Of a stretch of 63,477 nt of DNA, positions 1 through 10,184 are shown piece after piece. Source of the DNA: a virus. Lineage: Duplodnaviria; Caudoviricetes. The notes beneath the pieces were generated by a model. That model was not told where the DNA came from. It made no database searches and saw nothing but the letters and a program-made list of their open reading frames with translations. The stretch covers positions 1-63,477 of IMG/VR virus record IMGVR_UViG_3300009528_000014; one strand, written 5' to 3'. The first letter of the stretch is position 1. The number at the start of each line of letters is the position of its first letter. The position numbers were made by a program, and so were the translations under genes.

Positions 1-532
1 CAAAATATAAAATTATAGGTTGTTTACCTTCATGCGCAGCCAATTCAAATCTAACTTTAGCCGAATTAAGAAATGTCAATGATGGATAACCTTTACATGG
101 ATTAAGAGCAACATCCCATTTGTTACAGGTTTCTTCAAATACACCTTGTTGTGCTTTTTTTTCAATAAATACTTCTGGATAATACGGTTGATTATCCCAT
201 CTATTTTTATGATAACTTGTAGCCCAATTTTTTATTTGTTGTTTTGCTATCCCAGATTCAGTTTCTACATCAGTTTCTCCATAAGCCGTACTCCCAATCG
301 TTTCTCTTTCGTGGTCAACAATAGCCTCAAATTCAAGTAACCCTTCCCACCTCGCCCATATCATTGCATTAACCACTTTTTTATAATGAGGCATATCGTT
401 TGTCATTCCCATTGCTACTAATTCATAATAGATTTCACGAATAGTTATATTACCCTCATAACCTTTAGTAACGGGAATTCCATTTTCAATAATCCATTGT
501 TTTGTAAATCTTGATTTAATGTTTTCTTTCAT
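1..532 (-). CDS. Topo VI-A/Spo11-like Toprim protein, N-terminal part (runs off the window start)
   Basis: Hand translation from ATG 532: MKENIKSRF...TIREIYYELV...RWDNQPYYPEVFIEKKA...KGYPSLTF...PIILYFG, with no stop before base 1. It has a WHD-type YY motif and a Toprim E-K motif. Not in the ORF track. Confidence 0.75.
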   Translation of the reverse strand, partial: MKENIKSRFTKQWIIENGIPVTKGYEGNITIREIYYELVAMGMTNDMPHYKKVVNAMIWARWEGLLEFEAIVDHERETIGSTAYGETDVETESGIAKQQIKNWATSYHKNRWDNQPYYPEVFIEKKAQQGVFEETCNKWDVALNPCKGYPSLTFLNSAKVRFELAAHEGKQPIILYF

Positions 533-3465
533 TTCTCCCCTTCCTCCGGTGGTTGACACAAATATTCTCTTTTGAATTTCTCTGGGCCCAATTCCTCGTT
601 AAGATGTTCCTTGAGATAGTCACCCCATAGTGCCTCATTTAAGAACCGGCTCGGCAACTGCGTCCTTGCCTTCCCGGTGAAGCCTATCCTTTCCTCTGCC
701 CGAGTAAACAATAATCTTTCCTTTGCCCGAGTAACCGCAACATAAAACAGTCGGCGCTCTTCCTCAATCAAATCCCTTTCGGTCTTTCTGGTTACGGGGA
801 ATGTCCCCTCCTCGCAACCGGGTATGATAACCACCGGCCACTCAAGACCCTTCGCGCAGTGGACAGTCATCAGGGATACCCTGTCCTCGTCCTTCTTGAT
901 TGAATCGGTCGCCTCTATCTGAACCACGCTGTCAAGGAACGACCTCAGGTCAGAGCCCTCTTCCCGCTCAAGGAAGTCGGGGATTTTATACTTCAGGAGC
1001 CAGTCCACGTTCTCAAGTCGTGTTTTAAGTTCCTGCTCCTTTAAGGAGTGAAGGAAACACCCCTGAGTCTCCAAAGACTTATTGATAAACTTCTCCACCA
1101 GGGCATCAACGGACAGGTTCTTTAGATCCTCTTCCCATCCGTAGACCTCCAGTACCTTCGCTGTCAGGGTAGGCTCTATTGATTTAAAGAGGCTCATCCC
1201 CTCTTCTATGGCGATTGACTTCATGGTCTGGAGCTCAACCTTGTCTATGAGCAGATGGGAAATTTTCAGTATCCGCTCCATTATATAGTCATCATCTGGG
1301 TTCAGGATAGTCCTTAAATAAAGCATAATCTCCCTTATTTCAGACCGGTCCCAGAAGCTATCCCTTGAGATAACTTGATAGGGGATGTCCTTCAGAACCT
1401 CCCGGAACTTGTCAATCTGGCTGTTCGTCCGGGTCAGGATGGCTATATCCTTGTATTTATAGCCCTTTTGCTCAATAAACGCCTTTATTTGCCCCTCAAT
1501 GTATGAAACCTCGGAATCCCCGTTATCTGCCACGTATAGCCCAAAGCTCGCTTCTGTAGGGGCTTCTCGCGTGGGTTTGATGATTTTATCCGCCCTTTCC
1601 TTATTATGGGCTATAAGGTTGTTAGCCAACCGGCAGATTTCGGGGACTGAGCGATAGTTATACTCAAGGTTTATAGTCTCTAAATCGGGGTGTCTTTCCT
1701 TGTATTTCATAATATATTCTATACTTGTGCCACGGAAACAATTATGGGTTATTATTCCATTGGCAATTATATGAGGAACACCTTCAATAACCAAATCAAT
1801 GAACTCGGTATCACACTTGATTTTCTCAATCTTATAAATTGTATCCTGTGAAAATTTATTTTCATCAAAGGTAGGAATAATCATACCTTCTACTAATTGA
1901 GTGGCAGGCATTATCTTATACCCATTCCCCGCAATCGATGCTTTGTGTTCGTAAAGAGTGTAATACCCCCGATTTTTCAATTCCTCAAGCAAACGATCCG
2001 ACTTCTGATATAGAACCGATGAGATGGAATTACATGAACGAAGTCGATAATAATCTCCTCGTTTTTTTGCTCCATGATGTACCATGATTTCACTCGCGAT
2101 AGCAGTTTCACAAATTAACTCATTTCCATTCTTTGTTCCAGAAATGATATTTACTTTAATTCTTTTCTTCCTTTCTTCACCTTGCACACAACAATGAGGA
2201 AATGAAAAATCATAACCCCTGTTCTTTAACAATTTAAGACCGCTATCCCCAAAGTCTCGGAATATTTTTAAGTGAGCTCTGTCGGGAAGTGCCATTTTTC
2301 GCCTTTGTTCAAAAACACGGGTTGGAATTTTGTATTTTAGAGATAATAATTCTTCTTGGAGAATAGCTTCCCACGATTGTTCATAATGGTCAATAAGCCA
2401 TATCTTATCTGCGTGTTCGCTTCGCATACGTTTATGAATAAAACCACAGTTGTCAAATCGGGATTGGGTGCCTGAGGTTGTCCCAATCCTAAATCCATAA
2501 CCTTCACGATACATCAGATAAACGAAATACCCAGGCATATTCCTTGGTATTTTAACGATAGCAAGATGATCGCCAGTAACTATTAATTCTCGCCCTTTCT
2601 TTGTCATTATTTTTATTGCGTTGTGAGGTTTGGAAATAACTTTTTTTAATATTCTATCTTTGTAAAGTTTTCTCCCTTTATTAGAAAATATTCGTTGTCC
2701 TACTTCTAAATCTTCAATGTTGATTTTACCTTCAGGAGTCAGTATCTCCGTTCCTTTTTTTATGCAATACACGTTCTGATCAGGATCACCTACAACAAAG
2801 GTATTCTCTATGGCGAGAGTCCGGCACATCTTATCTTCGAGCGAAGCCACGTCATGGAACTCATCATAAAATATGTATCCGTACCGGTTACGGTAGTACT
2901 CAAGGACTTCCGGGTGTTCGTTGAGTACCTGAACCGCAAGCGACAGAATCATATCGAAATCTACGGCGTTGAACTTCTTGAGGCGCCGACGGTATTTAGA
3001 GTCAATGTTCCTCATTTCAACTGCCTCTTTATAACTGCCCTGGGACTCCCCTATTGCATAGAAATGAAGCATTTTCTTAATGCTGACCTTATGCTTCCCC
3101 TCTGCTATTATGCCCTCAAGGATGTCCCTCTTGTCAAACGGGTCGTAGATACTGAAGGTTTCGCTCAGCCCTATCTTATCGTGCCACTTCCTCAGTATCG
3201 AAAGACAAAAGGAATGGGATGTCCCTATGGTCATCTTCTTCATTGTCTCATCATCAGTGAGCTTCTTTATGCGCTCCTTCATCTCCCCGGCAGCCTTCCG
3301 GGTAAAGGTAATGCAGAGTATCCTCAAGGGCGAGATACCTTCGTTTAGAAGTCTCTTTGCCCGATTGGTCAGCACGAGGGTCTTACCGCTTCCGGGTACT
3401 GCAAGTATCAGTATATTCCGGGAATTACTTGAAATTGCCTGCAATTGCTGGTCGTTTAGATTCAT
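529..3465 (-). CDS. uvrD: UvrD/PcrA (SF1A) DNA helicase with intein
   Basis: Motifs AVPGSGKT, ITFTRKAA, DEFHD, VGDPDQNVY, NYRS, MTVHCAKGLEW, EERRLFYVAVTRAK. Confidence 0.95.
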   Translation of the reverse strand: MNLNDQQLQAISSNSRNILILAVPGSGKTLVLTNRAKRLLNEGISPLRILCITFTRKAAGEMKERIKKLTDDETMKKMTIGTSHSFCLSILRKWHDKIGLSETFSIYDPFDKRDILEGIIAEGKHKVSIKKMLHFYAIGESQGSYKEAVEMRNIDSKYRRRLKKFNAVDFDMILSLAVQVLNEHPEVLEYYRNRYGYIFYDEFHDVASLEDKMCRTLAIENTFVVGDPDQNVYCIKKGTEILTPEGKINIEDLEVGQRIFSNKGRKLYKDRILKKVISKPHNAIKIMTKKGRELIVTGDHLAIVKIPRNMPGYFVYLMYREGYGFRIGTTSGTQSRFDNCGFIHKRMRSEHADKIWLIDHYEQSWEAILQEELLSLKYKIPTRVFEQRRKMALPDRAHLKIFRDFGDSGLKLLKNRGYDFSFPHCCVQGEERKKRIKVNIISGTKNGNELICETAIASEIMVHHGAKKRGDYYRLRSCNSISSVLYQKSDRLLEELKNRGYYTLYEHKASIAGNGYKIMPATQLVEGMIIPTFDENKFSQDTIYKIEKIKCDTEFIDLVIEGVPHIIANGIITHNCFRGTSIEYIMKYKERHPDLETINLEYNYRSVPEICRLANNLIAHNKERADKIIKPTREAPTEASFGLYVADNGDSEVSYIEGQIKAFIEQKGYKYKDIAILTRTNSQIDKFREVLKDIPYQVISRDSFWDRSEIREIMLYLRTILNPDDDYIMERILKISHLLIDKVELQTMKSIAIEEGMSLFKSIEPTLTAKVLEVYGWEEDLKNLSVDALVEKFINKSLETQGCFLHSLKEQELKTRLENVDWLLKYKIPDFLEREEGSDLRSFLDSVVQIEATDSIKKDEDRVSLMTVHCAKGLEWPVVIIPGCEEGTFPVTRKTERDLIEEERRLFYVAVTRAKERLLFTRAEERIGFTGKARTQLPSRFLNEALWGDYLKEHLNEELGPEKFKREYLCQPPEEGEK
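1741..2766 (-). mobile_element. Intein (342 aa) in helicase motif III
   Basis: Starts CIKKGTEILTPEG, ends IIANGIITHN followed by Cys+1, block B TGDH. Removing it restores DQNVY-CFRG. Lower GC than the exteins. Confidence 0.95.
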
Positions 3466-3812
3466 TGCTCCTTTACCTTCTCCCCCTCTTTTACCGTTCT
3501 CAAGTCGGGCTCTTTGGGCTCTTTGGGTTCCTTATTAAATTCGATTCTTTTTTTAATATCAAATCTATCCATTATTTTTATAATATCTTTTAATGTTGCA
3601 AAAAATGATTCTTCAGATGAGGAACAACAAACTTCTTTATTTTTATCTCTTTCTCTTGTCCACATCCACCACCTATTCCCATCCGTGTTTATTCCTAAGT
3701 CCCAATCATTCTTATGTAAATGCTGTTTTAATCTTGTAGTAAGACTAAATATCATAGAAATTATATACATACTTAAAAATAAAACAAAACAACACATCAT
3801 TAATATCATTAT

Positions 3813-5018
3813 TTATTCTCCTTTTTTTTTTAAAAAAGTATTTATAATATATTTACTGGAATATCCCATCAGCATTGCTTGTTGAAGGTCGGCTATCGTA
3901 GTATTGTCCACCACACTCGTATTGTCCGGTATTTTGGTATCCTGATAAAATGCGTCCATAAATGCTTTGAATGTTTCCATGGAAACATAACCTATATGTA
4001 CCGTGAGGTCTATCCTTCCGGGACGTGTTATTGAGCCATCTAATTTGTCAAAATGATTGGTAGTGGTTATAAGAATACGCCCATGGGTATCCGCGATTCC
4101 GTCTATGTTGTTAAGAATATCGCTGATGTTAGTTGGGTCAAACAAAAGTTGGAGGTCTGGGGGATTATTATTTTCATTTTTTCTAAGACATGTACTCTGA
4201 TTTGTATCTATATCCTCTATAACTAAAATTACATTTTCCGGTAATAATGGTATGGCTACGTCAAGATAAATCATTTTACATGCAGATAATATATAAATAT
4301 CCCTGTTAAGATAAGAAGCCACAGCCTTAATTAAACTGGTTTTGCCCGTGCCCGGGTTTCCTTCTAAACAAATGCCAAGCCTATATGGTATGCCATGTTT
4401 CAAATACCACTCCTCTTTTTTAGTAAAATTGTTAAAAGTATCAATAATTAAATCTTTCTTGGATTGCTCAATAAACACGGAATCCCAGGGTCTTTTATGT
4501 TGACTCTGAGTTAGTCTCCACGTTTCAGTTTTAAATGTGTATACCTTTATCTTATCCGGGTCTTTATTTTCCATCTCGCGTATAATATCATTAAATATAC
4601 TATGACTTCTGCCGAGTTTTGTTATCGTTAATTTTTCTTTATCATGGAAATCTCTTGACTCTATCTCTGCTAATGACAACAATAAAGGATTTAAAAACTT
4701 ATTTTTATAGAACAGGATGTGAGTTCCGGTACCCATACCTTTCTGCTGTATTTCATCTCCCCATCGACCGTTTCTTAATTTTATGACCCTGAACTTTTTT
4801 GAATATTTATTAACATCAACCCATCTCATAAATAAATGAAAAATCTCATTTGAACTGGTCAGTTCTAATTTGGTTGTAACACGTTTTTTAAAAAATTTAA
4901 GTATCGATGCTGGAACATTCCGTAATAGGTATGTGAGTATACCCAATCCATACAAAGATAACATGCCTGACACAACTTGATTCTGTTCAGATAATTTTAA
5001 TATTGAGGGAATATCCAT
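3813..5018 (-). CDS. BCS1-like AAA+ ATPase with N-terminal membrane segment
   Basis: GNPGTGKTS, VIEDID, ITTTN, RPGRID, and BCS1-typical WYLKHGIPYRLG. Confidence 0.85.
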   Translation of the reverse strand: MDIPSILKLSEQNQVVSGMLSLYGLGILTYLLRNVPASILKFFKKRVTTKLELTSSNEIFHLFMRWVDVNKYSKKFRVIKLRNGRWGDEIQQKGMGTGTHILFYKNKFLNPLLLSLAEIESRDFHDKEKLTITKLGRSHSIFNDIIREMENKDPDKIKVYTFKTETWRLTQSQHKRPWDSVFIEQSKKDLIIDTFNNFTKKEEWYLKHGIPYRLGICLEGNPGTGKTSLIKAVASYLNRDIYILSACKMIYLDVAIPLLPENVILVIEDIDTNQSTCLRKNENNNPPDLQLLFDPTNISDILNNIDGIADTHGRILITTTNHFDKLDGSITRPGRIDLTVHIGYVSMETFKAFMDAFYQDTKIPDNTSVVDNTTIADLQQAMLMGYSSKYIINTFLKKKGE

Positions 5019-5030
5019 TTACTATCCTTT

Positions 5031-5676
5031 TTAATCGCACAACAGTTCCCATGCCTTCCCGGAACTCAGGCTACTGGGAATCTTTTTTATTATTTCATAA
5101 CACCCGGGGCCTATTCTTTTTAAATACCCCAACCTTGTGAATTGATTTCTGTAATTATTCATGGTGTCTATATGGTAATATTCTTTAAGGCAGATTTTAG
5201 TCATAAATTCATATTTCAAAACAGCATTTTTTTCTTTTAACTTATTTATTATAATCACCAGTCTTTCCCATGTGGTTACATTTTTCATGGCTTTCTCCTC
5301 CCGATTTTTATAATACCCAGTTCGATTTCTCTTGCGAAATATTCCTTTAAAGTTTTCATCGTATACCCTGCGGATAATTTTGAGATAATGTAATACTCAA
5401 GTTTACTCTTGCAGTAAACATCACTATCGAAGGTTATTAATAATTTGCCTGTTTGAAACTGACTGGACATTATTATCCTTAATAATCCTCTGGTAAATCC
5501 CCCATTTTTTTAATGGCGTCAAATATAGTAACCCCACCAGTAAACGATGTCCTCATGCTTGAGATGTGATATTCTTTCCGTACCTTATCGTAGCCTATAA
5601 AAACCCCCTCTTCCTCATTCTCTGCCTCTTTCGCTATCTTCTTTAGTCCTGCATGTAATCTTTTTGTATCATCCAT
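5031..5676 (-). CDS. Three small hypothetical proteins (5031-5288, 5285-5470, 5479-5676)
   Basis: Co-oriented, abutting or overlapping ORFs with purine-rich upstream sequence. Confidence 0.6.
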
Positions 5677-5679
5677 TAT

Positions 5680-6033
5680 TTACCCCTTTAACAGTTCTGG
5701 GTTAGAATGCATGTTGCCGATTCTTTCTATCCAATTACTTGTGTCTTGTATTTTTCTAAGCGACCACTCATGCCCCTCCTTATTTACAACAGCAAATCTG
5801 AATCGTTCATTGTTCCATTTAACTTTATATATGCCTATTTTATCATCGCCCCAAGTCTGCCGTTCTTCTGTTTTTATTATATCCCCCTCGTATACCTCTT
5901 TTTTGCTCTTGTCTTTTAAGCCGGTGTATTGCATTTCAGGTTTCCATAACATTGATAATTCACTTCCAACTTCAAAAGGACCTATCATTTTATTATTTTC
6001 TTTATCCCAAGCCCTGAATTTATTCTCTCTCAC
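5680..6033 (-). CDS. YopX family protein
   Basis: MRENKFRAWD...MQYTGLKDK..KEVYEGDII...IGNMHSNPELL. Confidence 0.92.
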   Translation of the reverse strand: MRENKFRAWDKENNKMIGPFEVGSELSMLWKPEMQYTGLKDKSKKEVYEGDIIKTEERQTWGDDKIGIYKVKWNNERFRFAVVNKEGHEWSLRKIQDTSNWIERIGNMHSNPELLKG

Positions 6034-7149
6034 TTCCTCATCCTCCTCTGCATTGACTTCGCTAACTTTTTCGCCTTTTTCTTCTTTGCCCTAATCTTCT
6101 TTGCATTAAAGTAGCCCACCTTGGGTAGAGATACCTCCGATGTCTTTGACTCTCGACCAAATCCGAACCAAGAGAGCACTGCCCAAATATAGCTCGAGAA
6201 TAATCCGGGGGAGGACTTTCTCTCATTCCGACCTCTTACATCCTTGCTCCGCTTCTTTCTTATTTTGAAATCCTGTTTTTCTTTATCGTATAGTATTATT
6301 TTTTTCATCATTTACCCTTCAACTTAAATTCTTCTATCCACGACTGCTTGATATTACCGACTTTAACATTGATGGATTTATCAACAAGCTCATCAATGTT
6401 AGTAATCTTTATGCCAAACAATGCTGATGGGGTAGGGGGAATGTTATTTACTATTCCTTCCACTCCTTTACAATTCCCCTTTACAAATATTACCTCATTC
6501 CCTATCTTAAAATTATCCTCTCCTCTTCCTCCATTTTCTTCCTTAATCTTTAAATTCCCTTCGCAGAAATGCTTAAGGAAAGCCATAAAACTCGAAGCAC
6601 AATTCTTAGGTCTGCATTCTGGATCTTGTTTCTCTATCCATTCGTGGAATTTATCTTGTAAGAATTTTCTATCACTAAAAAACAAATCTTTTAAATCAGT
6701 TTTGAATCCAGCCTTGAAGGCACCCATCTTTAGTTCTTCCTTTGTAATTGCTTCAGTTTTCTTTCAAACTCTTTATTACTTATCCCGCCCTCAGCCAACC
6801 TATCCACCTTGTCCAGATAAGCTTCAGCCTCTTTAAACTCCTTCTTGATTCTTAAGTCCTCTCTTACATCTTGAAAAAATTCCACAACCTCGTTGTCTGT
6901 TTTGAATTTCATCCTTGTTTGATTACCCGACGGATAAGGGAAAAACACCTTCCATATATTTCGCTTCACAAAATAACAAATACTGTAAGTAGTGTCTCCA
7001 ACCTCAACAAGAATATGCGGAACGCACTGATTAGAAAGCCTTGATTTACCGTTAAGAACGGTTTCCATCTTAACTACTTTTTCCATCACAAAATCGTTTA
7101 ACCTCATTTCTCTGTCTCCTCTCCTTTTTTTTATTTTCCCATTACCCAT
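6030..7149 (-). CDS. Three hypothetical proteins (6030-6311, 6308-6727, 6730-7149)
   Basis: Coupled ORFs; 6308-6727 has a KOW/SH3-like C-terminus (FKIGNEVIFVKGNCKGVEGIV). Confidence 0.55.
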
Positions 7150-8963
7150 GTCTGATAGTATTCAGCATGGCATTCCTGAATACATCCCGCCATGATAAGA
7201 TTGTCTATTTTTTTCTTGTCTACGAACTTACAGCAGGCATCTATAAATGCGACCCTGTGGTCATCATCCACTGCCTCGATATTGTCAACCAGTAAGACCT
7301 TCAGTTTCGGCTCCTGCTGAAGGATAAGGGCGACCATTATAGCCACTCCGAACAGAGCTTTCTCGCCGTTCGAGAGGGCATGGTAGGGCACGAAGCAGTC
7401 GTTCGCTTTCTGCCACCCGAACTGGAATATCGCCTTCCCGGTCAGCTCGTCCTCGAGCTTGAATTTAATGTTTTTGTTTACGTCAATCTCCTTCAGGAGC
7501 TGATTTATAGTGGCGGTGTAGGGCTTCAAAATAGCCTTTATTATATCCCCGAGTATTCCGTCCTTACCCACGACATCTTGTAAACTCTTAATCGCATCGA
7601 GGCGGGCTTCCATTTTCACACGCTTCAACTTTATGTTTGCCTGTAAAGTCTCGGCTACCTGGATTTTTATTTTCTGCTCGAGTTCTGCCTTTAAGTCCTC
7701 AAGGATTTTACTGATTGAGCCTTCCTGTTCTTTGAGTTCATCGTTGGATACTGGCTTACTGAGGTTCTTCATTTTCTCTTGCAGTTCCTTCAGTTGTTTC
7801 GTCCAGTCCTCGTTATTATATGCGAGTCCTTCCATCCTTTCATACTTGTCAAGTTCCTCATTCCTTGCTTTTAGTTCCTCTTTCACTTCCTGCAAGCTCT
7901 CTTCTATTTTGGGTCGTTCGCTCTTGCGTTTTTGAAGCTCCTCACACTTGATTCCAATGGGACACTGACCGCCGATAACGCTTAATTCAAGTTCCATTTC
8001 GATTATTGCTTTATTAATCTTATATACGCCTTCCTTCACATCTTTCATCTTCACGGTATATTCCTCGAAGGTTATATCCGGGTCAAATTCTTTGGGGAGC
8101 TCGCTAATCCTCTTTAAAATTACTTCAATGTCTTTATTTGTGGTTTCATACAGTTCCCCGGCTCCCCTGTTCCTCTCCATCTCGGCGCTCAGTTTACGCA
8201 GTTCATTCTCGTTCCGCGCTATCTCGGTCTTCAGGGATGGAATGGTCTTGGAGGTCAGATCCTCTTCTTTCTTTTCCTCTATACTTTCAGAGGCTCCCAC
8301 GTTCCCCCGGATCTCGGATGAAGCCTCATTTTTTTCTGTCCGTAGATATTCAAGGATAACTTCAAGGTTGTCTTTAGCGGTCAGGAGCTCGTCCCAGTCC
8401 TCCTCTGTTTGCTTAATAATATCCTCGCACTCTTTTTTCGCATCGCCGATAAGACCCTCGGTATCTTTTTTCATCTTGTCAAATATCTTTTTCTTATCCC
8501 ATCCGACCTCTTTACATTTCCAGAAGAAGAAATTCCTGAATTCTGTATCAGTCATGTTTATAAACGAGTTCAGGTCAAACATCATGGGGAACGAGCCGAC
8601 GAGGTTTTTTATCCGCGCCTCGTAGTCCTTGGAGGTCTGTTCGTCCTCTTTCGGCAGGACGGATACCCCCATCCCAACCGAGCCCTTCCTGTCGCGTTTG
8701 TATACCCTCTTAATCTCACTTACGGTATCGCCATCCTTTACTGTTATAGACACCGATCCCTGGTTCCCGTGAATGTGCTCCATGACCGAGTTCGGCTTCT
8801 TTCCGATTTCGCTATCGTATCCGGTAATGGCGATTTCAACTGTCTTTAACATTCCGGTCTTACCAGAACCGTTGGGCCCGATGATTACGACCTTGCTTGT
8901 AAGATCTAACTCCTTTTTTCCTTTACCCTTTAAATTAGTCGACTTGACTTTTAGAATCTGCAT
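7131..8963 (-). CDS. Rad50/SbcC-like ABC ATPase
   Basis: Walker A GPNGSGKT, long coiled coil with central CPIGIKC (Zn-hook-like), signature LSNGEK, Walker B LLVDNIE. Confidence 0.85.
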   Translation of the reverse strand: MQILKVKSTNLKGKGKKELDLTSKVVIIGPNGSGKTGMLKTVEIAITGYDSEIGKKPNSVMEHIHGNQGSVSITVKDGDTVSEIKRVYKRDRKGSVGMGVSVLPKEDEQTSKDYEARIKNLVGSFPMMFDLNSFINMTDTEFRNFFFWKCKEVGWDKKKIFDKMKKDTEGLIGDAKKECEDIIKQTEEDWDELLTAKDNLEVILEYLRTEKNEASSEIRGNVGASESIEEKKEEDLTSKTIPSLKTEIARNENELRKLSAEMERNRGAGELYETTNKDIEVILKRISELPKEFDPDITFEEYTVKMKDVKEGVYKINKAIIEMELELSVIGGQCPIGIKCEELQKRKSERPKIEESLQEVKEELKARNEELDKYERMEGLAYNNEDWTKQLKELQEKMKNLSKPVSNDELKEQEGSISKILEDLKAELEQKIKIQVAETLQANIKLKRVKMEARLDAIKSLQDVVGKDGILGDIIKAILKPYTATINQLLKEIDVNKNIKFKLEDELTGKAIFQFGWQKANDCFVPYHALSNGEKALFGVAIMVALILQQEPKLKVLLVDNIEAVDDDHRVAFIDACCKFVDKKKIDNLIMAGCIQECHAEYYQTWVMGK

Positions 8964-10184
8964 CTGTTTCTCCTTTCAAAACCATAAGTAATTTTTTTAC
9001 ATCATCATGGATTGGTGAGTTACTGAGTGAACCTTCCCTTACCTGAACTTCTATACCCTCAATTAATGCGGTTGTTTTCATTATTTTATATTCATCACAA
9101 TCCTTAAAATTAAATGGGCAACCATCGGGGCAACAAAGATTACATACTGGTTCGTCCTGCACCTTCCTTTCGTGAAAATACTCACATTCTTTCTTCTTTT
9201 CAATCTCCGCTATCGCATCCCTGTGCTTTTGGATTAGTAACCTTTCCTGTTCCATATTTCCTTCAATACCCGCAATCCTGTCCTGATAGAACTGAATGTC
9301 CTTATCCATATTTATACTCCTTTCAGTATCCTTCTTATTTCAGTCCCATATCTTCTTACAACTTGAAAATCCGCAGGTGCTCCCGGGGCATGTGTGAAGT
9401 ACTCTTCCAATTCTTCTGCGATTTCAGTTGCTTTCATAATCTTATATCTATTACATCTTTTCCCATTATTTGTTCCGTCAAGGCAGGTCCTGCACTCTGA
9501 CAATTTATCCCGATACTCGCATTCGTTCCTTTCTATCTCGGCAATTCTGTATGCTTTTTCTATTGTTATTTTTAATTTACCTAATCCATCTTGCCAATTG
9601 AATAAATCCTCCCTTATTAAATCATTTGACTGTATTTTTAAAATTGAGTAGTCATGTAAAGTATATGTACTTTGCTCAGATATGGTTCCAGTAAATATAA
9701 CCCTTTTAAGTTCTTTAGTTTGTACATATTCAAGTATTACATCTTTTTCTTTTTCCTCATTCATTTTTCCTTCTCAACTTTCCGGCACATCCCCGAACCC
9801 CCGGGACTGCCTGTAATCCTTCTTCCGTTCCCTGTAAATCGTATCAAGGCGCTCAGCTGCTTTGATTATCGCCTTGTAAATCCTTTCCATAGCTTCTTCC
9901 TTTATTCTTAGTTCAGCTGACTCTTTCTTTCCCTGGGCTTCCTTCTCGATGCCCGTTCCTTCGGTAGAACATTGTTTTTCATACTGAACCTTGGCACGCT
10001 CTCCTTTGTATATTCCCGCAGCCCATCCGATATGGATTGCATAACCAGAGAGCTTTCCCATAAGCCTACCTATCTCATCGAGGGGAATATCCTTGCCCTC
10101 TTCTATCCTATCCGCGATCTTCAAGGCGCCTACCACCGCTCCATCCTTTAAGTATTTATCCCAGTCAATTTGATACTCGCTCAT
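8935..10184 (-). CDS. Three hypothetical proteins (8935-9309, 9312-9764, 9774-10184); the first two are Cys-rich
   Basis: Coupled ORFs with SD-like motifs. Confidence 0.6.
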
